DNA from: Octopus vulgaris
Taxonomy: Eukaryota
NCBI GenBank assembly: GCA_951406725.2
Contig: OX597821.1
Span: 54,436,001-54,500,000 of the forward strand
Direction: 5' to 3'
DNA length: 64,000 nucleotides
The notes beneath the pieces are model-generated. The model made no database searches. It saw nothing but the letters and a program-made list of their open reading frames with translations, and was not told the origin of the DNA. The position numbers were made by a program, and so were the translations under genes. This document shows positions 35,161 through 49,299 of this stretch, piece after piece (within the stretch, counting starts at the first letter, position 1; each line of letters begins with the position of its first letter).

Positions 35161-36003
35161 GCCACCATATGTATGTATGTATTATGTATGTATATATGTA
35201 TGTATGCATGTATGCATGCATGTATGCATGTTTGTGTTTCTGTCTTGATATTATGTGTGTGCTGCAAATGAATATTACCAAGACACAGGCTATGTTCTCC
35301 ATTTCCATTCTTCCACAAACACATATCCATCCTTGTCTGTTATCAGGTGAATGTTGGCAACAAGAAGGGCATCCAGGCATAAGAAAATCTTGCCTCAATA
35401 AATTCCATCAGACCCATGCAAGCAAGGAAAAGCAGGTGGTGTGGTGGTTATGATGATGATGATGATGATGATGAGGATGATGATGAAGATGACGACAACG
35501 ATGATGATGTTGATAATGATGATATGCTTTGAGAGAAAGATATACATATATAATTTAGGTATTTACTTTATAAGTAGCCAGAACATTTTTAAATTGTAGC
35601 TCCTGGCTGTACAAGTAAATAATTTAAGCAATCCTGAGACATACCTTATAAGTTGGTGAAGATGAGGTGAAACTAGTCAAGTTATTTTCCAATATATTCA
35701 GGTTTACATTTTGTGCTTCACATTTAATACAATTATCCTTTTCGTAACAACCCCTTGAAAAAAATATTACACAATTACAACTATCATATTTATCCCTTCT
35801 CTTTGATCTTCACATCCTCCTTCTTTTATTTTCCCACTCACCATTCATCATCGCTTAGTAAAGAAACAACTGACGCTTTATAAGTTCCCTTTAAAACAAC
35901 ATACATTACACCATAAATCCTTTCTCTTTAAACTCTTTATCTATCTTAAACACACACTCTCACTCTCTCACGCTCTCACTCTTTCACTCTCACTCTTTCA
36001 TTC

Positions 36004-36041
<38 letters not shown>

Positions 36042-38069
36042 TTTTCTGTTTCTTTCTCCATTCATCTTTCAATCACATAAAAAGAAACTATTTACTTTTG
36101 AATTTATAAATTTATTGGCATTTAAATCAATCATGTTTTCTCTTTCTCTGACCTTTACCTTACCTTCTTTCTAACTTCCTTCCCTTTTCCTCCCTTTTCT
36201 TCCTATTCTTCATTTATATATATATATTTTCTTTTTTATTCTGATTTATCTTTCTACCCTTTATCCTTCAGCTATCTTGGTTCATATACAGAACTGTTTT
36301 ACCAGCTCTTACTCTATTGATTTCCAGCACCCAATCAAAGTATTAATTCACTTTCAAATATTTTATGACTTTCCAGTGGAACATAAATCATATGTAGATA
36401 AATACATTTTCTTTTTTAAATCACTACCTCATGGTGGAATAGGCAGATGTTTTACGAAAGATTCAGCTTCTACTATATATTATATGTATGTGTGTTATAG
36501 TTCCATGTTCTTCCATATCCCACTACTTTTGAAAATCATGAAATTGTGAAACCAGTCAAGTTCAAGTTAATAAATTCTCTTAAAGACTCCAAGTGCATTT
36601 TCAAATACATTTCATTACATTTCTACTAGTGCAAAAAAAATAAATCATTTTCCTGAATGTGTATATGTGTGAGTAAATGTGTGTGTGTGTGTGTAAGAAA
36701 ATATAGATGCAATTTAACTATTCTTGGTATACTGCCAGTTTCCAAGCATTATATAATAGCTGTTTGTTAGACCTCCATCTTTGTTTATAACCAAAATAAA
36801 AGTTGTTACAGATTGAAGGTTGTAATTTATCTCTTCATTGATTTGTTTAAGGTTATCTGCTATATTTTGTGTCAAATATGTTGGCCCATTATTTAAGAAA
36901 TAATCGTACATTGGCACCACTACAGCTAATATGTCCAGCTACGTACTTCCTTATACAGGGATATAAAGTGGCTTCTAACATTTGTATAATGCATATGTGT
37001 TGCAGTTATGCCTATATTCATGCATAAGCTGTGCACATGTACAGACATAGCTGCTCAAGTAGATGGTATCAATTAGAACAATCAAACATACAAATATATA
37101 CACTCGGTTGTATATCATCTATACAAACACAGATTCACTAACACATTTATGTAAACCTCTAGGTATCCATGCATAAGTATCCACAAACAAATATCACCAT
37201 CATTATCATCATTTTAACGTTCTCTATTCCAAGTTTGTTGTCAGATGGAATTCAGTGAAACATATTTCTTACATCCTGTTTTGAAACAAAGTAATATTTT
37301 CTCATAGTCAGCCAAGCCATGATTTATCAGAAGACTAGAAAGGAAGGATAATTCTTGCATAGCAAATTGTATGCATGATAAATAGCAGCCGATCGTCCAT
37401 CTGTATCTATGAGGTGATCAGACACACATATGACTCTCTGTTTAAGAGATGGACAAGTACATATACACAGGTGGGCTTATAGCAAACATTTATAAATTAT
37501 ATTAGACTGTCCACACACAGTCTTCCATATATGCACTGGCATATGTGAGCACTCTTGCAGTCTTTTGAAAGGGAGTTATTTATAGTGAGGGTGGAAAAGA
37601 TTGAGCATTTGGTGGAGAAATAGTGTGGAGAGATCAGGCAAACATGGAGACAGGGAAAAGGAGGGAAGAGAAAAATTGGTACAGGAAAAGAAGATAAGTG
37701 AGAAAAGAAGGCAAGTTAGTGTTTTGTTATAGAAAGGTCGTATAGTGTGAGGTTGTCTTTGTTGAGTTCTGAATTAGTCTATGTGGTGTAATTTTGTCTC
37801 AGGCCTGGTGGAGGCAGTGAAGATGATGGTGATAGGTTCAAGTATCAAACTAGATGTTTGCTGATAGGATCAATGGAATAAGTAGAAGATTTCAAAAATA
37901 AATACTAGGGTCAATCTGTTTGACTAAACCCTTCAAAGTGGTGCCCTAACATGACTGTAGCTCAATGAGAGATGAAAGAAATAAGAAAAAAAAAAATGAA
38001 AGAAAGAAAGAAAGAAGGAAAGAAGGAAAGACAGATAGACCGACAAACAGATAGCTAGACAGAGAGATA

Positions 38070-38106
38070 GAGAGATAGATAGATAGCTACATAGATAGGT
38101 AGGTAA

Positions 38107-38166
<60 letters not shown>

Positions 38167-38259
38167 GTAGGTAGGTAGGTAGGTAGGTAGGTAGGTAGGT
38201 AGGTAGGTAGGTAGGTTGGTAGAGAGAGAGGGATAGATAGATAGATAGATAGATAGATT

Positions 38260-38296
<37 letters not shown>

Positions 38297-38297
38297 G

Positions 38298-38358
<61 letters not shown>

Positions 38359-38383
38359 TAGATAGATAGATAGATAGATAGAT
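38070..38383. repeat. (TAGA)n/(TAGG)n microsatellite
   Basis: Directly visible. Confidence 0.95.
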
Positions 38384-38399
38384 GGACAGTTATGTAAGG

Positions 38400-38860
38400 C
38401 ACAGGCATGTTGACAGAGGAAGGAATGCATGTGGCAGATGCACAAGAGAGATTAGCAGCAAGCACAATCATACGTAAAATGTATTCCTTCAAATGCCCAC
38501 AAGGTTTTCTAGAAGGAGTTGACAGCTTCTATTACCTAGGTGACCTGATCAGTAATAGGATTGGGTATTCTGAGAGTAAAGCAGCCTGAATAAGAAAAAT
38601 AACTGAAAATGTTCAGAGACTGTGACTTCTGCTGGTAACAATGGGTTTCTCTCTCCAAGTGAAGAATAAATTCAGTGATGTTTATATACAAAGTGTGATA
38701 ATGGATGGTTATGAGACATGGACATTGAATGTAGAAATTAGTGGAAAGTTGGAAACAAGTGTGGCAAGATATAAAATGTGAACAACAAAATATAAATAAG
38801 TTGAAAGAAAACTGGGTGCAAAAGGAATTGACTGAACTGTGTGAGTCTGGGGCCTTAATT
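38400..38860 (+). mobile_element. Decayed RTE LINE fragment
   Basis: KCPQGFLEGVDSFYYLGDLIS, and later GYETWTL. Confidence 0.7.
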
Positions 38861-38939
38861 ATATGGACGTATAATGTATGGCAAGGATTACGATATTGGG
38901 AGAATATCGCCTTCCTCCATTATCTCTTTTTGTTTTTCA

Positions 38940-39319
38940 TGTAGTTCAGGCTCTGGCAGACGAAGAGAGAAGACTTCAAGCACAAATGCAATTTACAACT
39001 GGTTTATTTACAGGTTCTCAGGATTGGTGAAGTTCGGTGCTCTCAGCAACCATCTTTAGCTGTGTGCATTGTGTAGGTGCATTGCCTCTGGAGGTACAAC
39101 ATACAGACAGGCCCAGCCAAGTGCTGCTGCTAAGAGGCGGAAAGAAAAAAGGCTGAATCTGTTTCTGTCTTGCCCCTATATGTAGTTTGCCATCACGAGC
39201 CTTGTTGTGATCTCACGCATGGTAAATGGATGCAAGTGGGGTCTCGCTCCAGTCTTGGAGATAGCAAGGGCTGCCACGAGATCTCATCCAATATGGTGCT
39301 GACCGCTTGTGCCACTACA
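38940..39319 (-). mobile_element. Possible solo LTR
   Basis: Bounded by TGTAGT...ACTACA inverted termini, GC-richer, AATAAA on the minus strand near 39003-39008. No matching TSD was found. Confidence 0.4.
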
Positions 39320-40294
39320 GAAGTGTAATGTATATTAAAGATGGAAGTTATGTAAAGAAATGCTAAGTGATCCAAATGACTAGAACAAGAAGACATGGGG
39401 GGAAAAAAAGGGATAAAAGCTGAACTGAGGATATTGTACCACTAGTGGGAAGGAGGGGGAGTAAAAACAAGGCAGATGTAAAAAAACAGTAGTGGTGGTG
39501 GTGGTGGTGGTGGTAGTGGTGGTGGTGGTGGTGGTGGTGATGACAACAATGACAGCAGTGACAATGATGAGGAAGAAGAGGACAACGACAACAACAATAA
39601 TGAAGAGGAGGAGGATTACATACAACAAAGAAGCCTAAGCCTACTATTACAGAATTGTACTGAATTATTATAAGAAATGCTTAGATTTAAACAGATTTTC
39701 GTAGACAAAATGTCAAGATAAAAATGAAAAGACAAAAAAAAAAAGCTAAGAAGACACACAAATGCAAAATAATATTAAGTATTATTTAATATTATTGCTG
39801 TCAATTTTTACTGCAAAAAAATGCATTTATATTCCTGTTTATTGTGTTTGTTGCGATGGTTACAATTTTTGTAGAGTTTGATGTTATGCTTTCACATCAT
39901 CATCATCATCATCATTGTCGTCATCATTTATCTTCTGCTTTCCATGCTGGCATGGGTTGGACGGTTTGATTGAGGACTGGCAAGTTAGAAGGATGTACCA
40001 GGCTCCAATCTGATCTGGTAAAGTTTCTACAGCTGGATGCCCTTCCTAATGCCAACCTCTCCAAGAATGTAGTGGGTACTTTTTACATGTCACTGGCACA
40101 AGGGCCAGTCAGGCGGTACTGGCATTAACTACTCTTGAATAGTGCTTTTTATGTGCCACTGGCATGGGAGCCAGTCAAGTGGCACTGGTATTTTACAAAT
40201 ATAACAATAAAAAGATGTAATATAAACATATTAATACCTGTCAGTGGTGTTTCTTCATTAATGATAATGTTTCCAAGGTTTCTAAAAAGTTGGG

Positions 40295-40665
40295 AAATTA
40301 TTTACATTATTTACAATTAATGGATATTTCTCCTCATCTTGTTTGTTGTTAACACAACGTTTCAGTTGGTGACTTCAGGAAATTCCATCAGGTGACTTGG
40401 GGAAATTTCAAACCTGGGTTCTTATTCCTAAGGTATTTTTTGATGTTGTTGTTATTATTATTGTGATTATTCAGGTCACTACTTGGAATCGAACTCGAAT
40501 TCTTGGGGTTAGTAGCCCAAGCTCTTAACCACTACACCATATGCTGATGAAGGCTGGAGGGTATATCAACCAAAACGTTGTGTTAACAACAAACGAGTAT
40601 AAATATCTGTCAATTGTAAATAGTGTAAGTAATGTACATAATTCCTCATCTCTTAAATATAGAAC
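40295..40665 (+). mobile_element. Fold-back PLE-end element with decayed hammerhead and central tRNA-like segment
   Basis: Arms gtttgttgttaacacaacgttt / aaacgttgtgttaacaacaaac. At 40544: CTGATGA-aggctg...caacc-AAAA-cg-TT-gtg; the left arm keeps GAAAC on the minus strand. Confidence 0.65.
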
Positions 40666-42169
40666 TGTATTTGTTAATCAGTTTAATTAAAATGGAGAAA
40701 GAATCATTAGTTCTGTCCCCTCAGTGCTTAATGTTCAAAGTCCTGGTATCTATGGCAAAACCACATTAAGACATGAATGAAGAGCCTATATAATTCAACA
40801 ACATGACCGATAGAATAAGTACTATGTTTTAAAAAATGTCCTGGGGTCGATTTATTCAACTAAAATCCTTCAAGAAAGTACTCCAGCATGGCTGTAATTA
40901 AATGACTGAAACAAGTGAAAGAAAAGAATAAAGACGGGACACAAGAAAATTGCATGTTTCTTCCTGGCTAAAGAACAATCTTCATGAGAAAGGATCATAG
41001 ATTATCATTAATTATACAAACACACACATACACACACAGAGATTCACAAGTACACACACACACACGCGCGCGCGCGCACACACACACACAGATTTACAAA
41101 CGCATACACACATCCATATAGATTCACATCAGCACATATTCCACACTCTATATTCACAAATATATGCGCGTACTCACACACAATTCACAAATGCATGTAC
41201 ATATGCATATACATGCATAAATGCAAGCATATACACTCACATGCAAATTCCCAAATATCCTGTGGCAGGTGAAGTGACACACCTGTCAGTGTACACTGAC
41301 ATCACATCAACAGTATCTTCTGGTAAGTGTGTGCATGTATATGATGCGCGCACACATACACAAATACTCATTCTCTCTCTTTTCCAATCTCTAAAACAGA
41401 CTCCATCAAAAAGAGAAACCAAAATGAAGTGAGCATGTGTGTGCACACACAGACATACATACACATACACACACAAATAAATGTACTTTCACATGCACAC
41501 ATAATGCCAAATATATGTACAAACACATTCAGAAATACACATGCACATATTCACGCACTTACATACTTACGCACTTACATACACAAATAAACGCACAAAT
41601 ATTAGCAGTTACTCTCACACTTTCACAGACAAGCAGGCACCTTTATAACACACAATTACACACATACTGACAAAGACACACAGACATGTGTATGTGTGTG
41701 TGTGTGAAATTTCCTGATTTGACAGAGTTGACAGAATTAAAGGGAGATTACAACAAAAGTATTTTAAGTGTCCACATTTCTGTCACAAAAAGCTTTCAGC
41801 TGTTGTTTTCTTTTTCTCTAATTATTCTAGACAGAATCAAATATTCACATGTTTTGCTTTGTTTAACAGTCATATTTATTTATTTTTTTTTTTTTTGTTT
41901 TGACAATTTCCTTTTTCCTTTCTTTTTTCACTATGTATTAATGTTTTTATGTGACAGTGACAGAAAGATCTTCATCCAATTGTTATAGGATATTTAAGTT
42001 CTGGGGTTTCTTTTAAATATTATTGTCTTGTTCAAATCCTGCCAATAACATAGATAAGCCAGCAACAACATGCTGAGGCTTCTTGTAGTAGCAGATCAAA
42101 TTGGCTGGTCGGATGTAGCTCAGCTGATTCTGCAAAAAGCTTACTTTGTATATAAAGCAATTTATCTTT

Positions 42170-42850
42170 ATCTTTTGCCTATTACAGTCATTAGACTGCA
42201 GCCTTATTGGGACACTGCCTTGAATTTTTAGTCAAAAACAATCAAACCCAGCACTTATATTATAAGCCTGGTACTTATTCTGTCTCTTTTGCCCTAAATT
42301 ATGGGGACATAAACACATCAACACTGGTTATCAAGTGGTGATGGGGGGGACAAACCCAGACACACACACACACATAGATATATCACCGTGATCACCGTGA
42401 CTGACCAGGCTATTAAATGTTGCTACACATCACTGGTCACAATGCACTTCACATTGTTTTAGCCTTCAAATGACGCCAACCCGCTGGCTAAGCGAGCAGG
42501 CCAACAGAAGAAAGAGTGAGAGAAAGTTGTGGTGAAAGAGTACAGCAGGGATCACCACCACCCCTTGCCAGAGCATCATGGAGCCTTAGGCATTTTCGCT
42601 CAATAAACACTCACAATGCCCAGTCTGGGAATCAAAACCACGATCCTACAACCGTGAGTCCGCTGCCCTAACCACTGAGTCATTGCGCCTCCACACATAG
42701 ATATATATATATACATATATATATATGATAGGCTTCTTTCAGTTTCTGTCTACGAAATCCAATCACAAGGCTTTGGTCAGCCAGCGGTTATAGTAGAAGA
42801 CACTTACCCAAAGTGCCAAGCAGTGGGACTGAACCCAGAACCATGTCCTT
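42170..42850 (-). mobile_element. SINE family B interrupted by another tRNA-SINE (about 42383-42695)
   Basis: Family B tail and head flank an inner element whose minus strand starts ggaggcgcaatgactcagtggttagggcagcggactc. Confidence 0.65.
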
Positions 42851-43104
42851 GGATGTATTAGTAACTATTAATAACTATATTTTTTGAGAAGCTGTGATAT
42901 TCAGGGTATCTCTGAAAACAGATATGATTATGAATTAGGAAAGAACATGTAATTTTAATTCAAGGTCAGTAAGAATTTTTTTCAAGGTACATGATTTCAA
43001 AAGCATAGGACAGTATAAACATCAGCTAATAATGTTACCAATTTTCTAAAGGAATTTAACATCTTTGTTAAAAATAAAATTCTTCATTTCTAATATATGA
43101 TTAA

Positions 43105-43320
43105 AGCAGCGAGTTGGCAGAATTGTTACCACACTGGGGAAAATGCTTAGCAGCATTTTATCCATCTTTACATTCTGAGCACAAATTCCACCAAGGTTGA
43201 TTTTGCCTTTCATCTTTTCGGGGTCAATAAAATAAGTACCAGTTGAGTGCTGGAATTTATGCAATTGACTTACACCTTCCCCTGAAATTGCTGGCCTTGT
43301 GCCAAAATCTGAAACCAATA
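43105..43320 (+). mobile_element. SINE family A
   Basis: gcagcgagttggcagaattgttacc...gattttgcctttcatcttttcggggtcaataaaataagtaccag. Confidence 0.8.
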
Positions 43321-44262
43321 TCTAATATATTATTGCAAACCTGTGGGTAAATACATGTGTTAATGTAATTAGATGTATATATGTGCATAAACATGCTTGC
43401 ACATGCATGTGTATGTGTGTGTGTGTGCATGTGATGTTTTAAAGACAAACATATGTCCTTATGAATCTATGTATATGCTGGTGTTAATATCTGTGTAGCT
43501 GCTTGTAATAATGACAATAGCTTCTTATCACATGACTCTAACAGGTGGAACACAGCATATCTTGGTCATACTCTTCAAGGGATGGTGAGACATCACACAT
43601 ATTACTTATACTCATCCTTGAGGTAACATTCTGACTGAATGTACTCATTAATAAGCCGCTTCAAAAAATAACGATGTTGGAAGAAAAGAAAGAACAAGGA
43701 AACAGTGATTTCAAACAAAAATACCCAGTGGTATTAATTCTGTCTGAGCCATACAAACACTCCCTTGATATCCTTTCCATCATAAATTGTAGCGATCCAG
43801 TGATTGCTAATTGAAACACTGGCTAATTGCAGAATGGATGTTTACAACTATATTCTAATGCTTAATTTGCACTTAGTGGGATTTTAAAGTTGAGATATAA
43901 TGATTTAGAACAGATAGCACATACAACATATCCTATCTGATATCCTCACTATGTCAGCAATCCATTACCCAGGACTGATACTTCATTTTATCAACCTTGA
44001 AAGGAGGAACAACAAAGCTACCCTATATGAGATTTGGAACAAATTCTTCATTGCTTTATATTCTGCCAAATGACGACCTGTTATTAGTATTTCTCTAGCT
44101 TATATATCAAACAGGAGAGAGAGGGAAGAGCAAATTCAATAACAGTTGCATCAGATCTACGAATGTAAGATCATCTTATATATTTATAAGGTGTAGGATA
44201 GAAGAATCAGTAGATCATCGAAAAGAAAGCCTTATGATATATAATTATATAATTATATATAT

Positions 44263-44830
44263 ATGCGGTGTCTTCGACGGATCCTTGGCATCTCCTGGAA
44301 GGACCGAGTACCTAACAGAGTCATCTTAGAACAGACTAATATGCCAAGCATGCATGCCCTCCTCATGCGGAGACGACTGTGCTGGCTCGGACACATCTGC
44401 CGCATGCAGGACGGTCGCATGCCTAAAGACATCCTGTACAGCGAACTCACCACGGGATCCCGACCCAAGGGACGTCCACAGCTATGATACAGGGATGTGT
44501 GCAAGCACGACCTAAGGACTGCCAACATCTGTGTGGACACGTGGGAGGTAACAGCTGCTGACCGCTCTGCCTGGCGTCGGACAGTGAGGAAAGGCGTTTC
44601 CATGGCCGAGGAAAGGAGAGCACAGCTGTGGTCGGACAGGCGGGACAGGAGGAGGACAACTGCAGCAACACCCCACACGTACCCATCGATGTTCGTGTGC
44701 AGCAACTGTACCAGGGACTGCCACTCTAGAATTGGACTGTTCAGTCACAGCAGACGCTGCTCATCATCAAAGTAGGCCCCACCCTTGGCGCGACCCATTG
44801 TCTATCAAGACAGACGGGGAGAAGAAGATG
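44263..44830 (+). mobile_element. Young RTE-BovB-like LINE 3' end inserted in (TA)n
   Basis: MRCLRRILGISWKDRVPNRVIL...RRLCWLGHICRMQDGRMPKDILYSEL..GSRPKGRPQL*YRDVCKHDL...FVCSNCTRDCHSRIGLFSHSRRC, with only one stop; GC-rich. Confidence 0.93.
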
Positions 44831-45772
44831 TATATATATATATATATATATCCCATTTGAAATCCTGCTTTGAGTTTCATCATCCTGAGGTCAGTCAAAA
44901 AAAAAAAAAGTACCAGCTATTTGCTGTAAGAGTGATTTAATTAAATATATCTATGAAGTTTATATATTTGTAAAAAATGGATATTATCATAATTTGCATA
45001 AAATATCTTCACTCTAATTTTTCCTTTTAATATCTGTGTATGAATATATGCATGTGTATATGTGTCTGCATGTATATAAGTGTGTAAAGGCAAATGTATG
45101 TGTATATTCACAAATGTAAGTTGTTTATGCCTATACAAATATATTGTATGAATGCACATGGTTATATGTGCACATGTGAACATACCTGAAGGCATATTTG
45201 TAAAAGTATATGCTTGTAAGTCTGTGGGTATATACATGTATTAATGTACATTGATGTATATATGTGTATGAACATGCTTGCACATGTACGTGTGTGCATG
45301 TAATGTATTCAGTGTAAATGTATGTCTCTGCATGCATGTGTGTATATGTGCCAATATGTATGCATGTGTGTGTGTTGTTTTAAACACTTCCTTTCTTCTT
45401 TCTTAATTTTTTCTATCATAATATCTTGGCAGCGATGACACATAACAACAAGTGTGAAAGTTCTAATGTCTTTTTTTATGGTTATGCTTTATGGATTACC
45501 ATAATTTTGATGGGATTAAATCAACAAAGATGCTTAAAAAATTCCAACAGTGATCAAGTATTTTCACTTATTTCTACTAATCCAAGATGTAGACTTAATC
45601 TACATTCAGTTTACATTTAATCTTTCAGAAAACGTATTTTATCTTTTATCCCTATTTTATTTTTTAAGCTTTTGTAGTTTTACATAATTTTTTAACCTTT
45701 CAGAAAACTGAAAAATAGAATTGCAGATATTTTACTTGCCTAAGTAATGATTTCCATAATCAATAACATAGT

Positions 45773-45928
45773 GTGGGCAAGCAGCTGAAGTTCCCAAAAT
45801 CACTAAAACTTGATATTCTACTGATTTCAGAAGTGTCCAAGCAGGTGGTTCTGTTGGAGCTCTCAATTCCCCGAGAGGACTTTTTTGAGGAAGCTAACAA
45901 GAGCAAGAGAAAGAAATATGCTGAGTAA
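45773..45928 (+). mobile_element. Restriction-like endonuclease fragment of a Hero/R2-group non-LTR retrotransposon
   Basis: VGKQLKFPKSLKLDILLISEVSKQVVLLELSIPREDFFEEANKSKRKKYAE matches the (R)PD-x-ELxxP-E-E-K-KY signature of REL domains. Confidence 0.7.
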
Positions 45929-46094
45929 TTGAAGTTCAGGAACAACTAACTCATTTTTGTCAGAATAGTGAACTGGAACAACATGAAATAATGTGTGCTG
46001 CTCAAAGACACAAAGTGCCACTGAGAATCAAACTCATGAGCCAAACACCCCTAATCACTAAGCCATGCACCTTCACTGGCAGACACAGACAGGA

Positions 46095-46430
46095 GGAGGA
46101 GACCCTCTTCGGTCCTGAATGACCATGGGACTGCACCTAGAAAGTTACCCTCTGAGGCACAAGACAGGGCAAGACTGTTTGTGGAAGACCAACAGTCACC
46201 CATGCATACCAGCCTCCCCTCTCCACGCCACCGATGTTATCCAAGGGAAAGTCAAAGGCCAATACAGCGTGGCACCAGTGATGTCGCAACTCATTTCTAC
46301 AGCTGAGTTAACTGGAGTAACGTGAAATAAAGTGTCTTGCTCAAGAACACAACACGCAGCCCGGTCCGGGAATCAAAACTCAAAACCTCACGATCATAAG
46401 CTCTATGCTCTAACCACTGAGCCATGCACC
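46095..46430 (-). mobile_element. tRNA-derived SINE (family C-type head)
   Basis: Minus strand starts ggtgcatggctcagtggttagagcatagagc, then tcttgagcaagacactttatttcacg. Confidence 0.7.
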
Positions 46431-46867
46431 TTTACAGAGACACAGCAGACAGATGGAGAAAGAGATAGATGGATACTTGGATGGAAGGAGGGTTGGAGGA
46501 AGGGAGAGATGAACAGATGGACGAATGGACAGAAGGACAGACGGATGGACAAACTGATGGATAAATGGATGGCTAAGTGGGGCAAAATTCTATAGGACAA
46601 AATTTATATTATTTAATCTAAACTGAAGCAAGGCTCTATAACCTCACTACCTTCTGGATAGATGTTTCGGTAGATATACAGAGCAATAGACAGATAAACA
46701 GATACAGTAGCCAAATCCCATCTCAAACCACATCTTACTGTTTTAAAATATTGCTTGACTAAAACATACTCAAGGCAAAGTTCTCACATCTAAGCTCCCT
46801 GTAGAATTTACAAATCTTAATACAACTTGGGTTAAGAGAGTTTGTCATTTCAGGGATTTTGTTTAGC

Positions 46868-47210
46868 AGCTACAACAATAGTATCAACAGCTTCTGTTGG
46901 AACAATCACAACAAGTGAAATAGCCATAAGTTCTCTTGGACCAATCACAACAACAATAGCAACAACAACTTTTGCGGGGTAAATTACAACACGTTCTGTT
47001 GGAGCAATCACAACAGCAACAATAACAACAAATACTTTTGTTGGAGCAATGACAACAACTAAAATAGCAATAACTGTTGGAGCAATTCCAAAAACAACAG
47101 CAACAACTTCTATTTGGGGCAATCACAAAATAGCAACAATAGCAACAAACAGCTTCTGTTGGGACAATCACAATAACAACTTTAATGACAACAACAAGAA
47201 CAACTGCAAT
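46868..47210. repeat. Degenerate minisatellite (about 33-45-bp units)
   Basis: Recurrent (t)tctgttggagcaatcacaacaac(aatagcaac) units. Confidence 0.7.
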
Positions 47211-47969
47211 TGATGATGGGTGATAATGATGATGTCTGATTAATGATGATGGCATCATCATCATCGCCACTACTGCCACCACCATCATCATTGTCATCGT
47301 CATTATCACCACTGCTCTCATCATCATTCTCACAACCTTTATTATCCTCATCTTTATCATGAACGTTATCAACGTCATGATCAACATCACATAAACTTTA
47401 AAAACATATGTCAAGAAATACAAAAATAAAAGAAATAAATTGCAGAAAAAAATAATTCATAAAAATTCTAAAAAAAAACAAAAAAAAACAGTAAAATAAA
47501 ATGAAATAGAAATAAAAATAAAAATAAATAAATACTGACTAAAAAAAATGATGATAAAGATAAATATCAGAAAATGGTAAGTGAAACATTCTGTGTAACT
47601 GATAGAATGATATGATGTGAATATAGAACTGATAGCTATTATTGTTGTTTATATCGATTCTGCTTCTTCACCTCTGTCTTTCCTCATTCTTTCTTTGTTT
47701 GTTTGTCTTGCCAGTTCCAGAGATAAGAAGATGTTTTCTTCTATTTACAATGCAGATTATCTTCCTTGCCTACACTTCCATGCACTTTCATAGACTTTTC
47801 TTACAAAGCAGTCAAGAAGAAGGATATAGAGTAGGGTAGGGTGGTGTGAGGTACCCAATCAATCGATCGATCAAGCCCGATCAATCAATCAGTGGCATGC
47901 CTCATATTTAAAATTGTCGATTGAGATTAAATCAGAATGACTCGAGCTATAACAGCCTGTATCCGACAT

Positions 47970-48081
47970 TAATATGATGATGATGATGATGACGATGATG
48001 ATGATGATGATGATGATGGTGATAATGATGATAATGATGATGACATTGAGGATAGCAATGATGACACTGACAAGGATGATA

Positions 48082-48152
<71 letters not shown>

Positions 48153-48258
48153 AACAGCAATTATAATGACGATGCTGATATTGAATACTTCTCTCACTCA
48201 TTCCTCCCAACTCTGCAATGATAATAATGATAATGATGATAAATGATGATAAATGAAA

Positions 48259-48289
<31 letters not shown>

Positions 48290-48575
48290 CGACGACGATG
48301 ACAACAATGACAATGATGATAAGAATGACAATGATGGTGCTGACAATGAAATGTATGATGCTGATGGTTATGATGATAAAAATAAGGATGAAAATGATGA
48401 TAGTGCTGTTGAGGATGATGACAACAATGTTAATGATGAAAACAATAATGATGCTGATGATGACAATGACGAGGATGACAACGACAATGATGATGATGAT
48501 GATGATGATGATATCAACAACAACAACACTGGGGATGATGATGGATTTCCTCACTCATCCCTCCCAACTCATCAT
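47970..48575. repeat. Degenerate (GAT)n microsatellite block
   Basis: Directly visible; source of the poly-M/D/H/I/S ORFs. Confidence 0.9.
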
Positions 48576-49299
48576 TGAAAGAACATGTCAAACCTCAAAC
48601 ACAGATTACAACAATATCATTATCTTGCACAGCCAGAACAAAGTTGATGTCAAAATTTATAATCTTAAATAAGACACTTTGTACAAATATCTGGAAAACA
48701 ATCTGTTATTGGCTTAATGCATTTTCATTTTCATTTTGTATGGCTTATAAATGTTATTATATAAATACATATGTATATGTATATATAGAGGCTGTCCCAA
48801 ATAGTGTGCATACACAATTTTAGAGCTGATAATGCACTTAATTTTGATTTCTATATTGATTTAACCCTTTACAAACACACACATATGTGTGTATGTATGA
48901 ATGTATGTATGTATGTATACATATATATACATATACACACAGTTGTATTATCTAGCCATATAACCATCAGCAATGTATGAAAACATTCAGATAAACCAAA
49001 TTTTCATTCTTCCTTGCCTTAATTATAGTGTCATCTTGTTTCATTTCAACTGCATGCATAGATCTACTAAAGTTAACATTAAATGCTATTTATCTAAATT
49101 AATTCTTTCCATTAAAATGTGCTGCACTGGCTTTCTTCCATACTATCTTAAATATGGATACGTTATTTTGCTAGTTGTTTGCTTGAGTGATTCATTTTCA
49201 TTTCCATTTTATGAGTTAAATTTTTATTTCAGTAGTTCTCATTCTTAGTTGAATTTTTAGCCAGTTTTCTTATAGTTTGCTGAATATTTTATCTGGCCC

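Noticed and set aside
46868-47210. CRISPR-like repeat-spacer appearance
   Set aside because: Units are degenerate, the spacers are (AAC)-type low complexity, the context is eukaryotic and there are no cas genes.
47889-48672. Poly-M/D/H/I/S ORFs
   Set aside because: (GAT)n repeat open in several frames; no splice or homology support.
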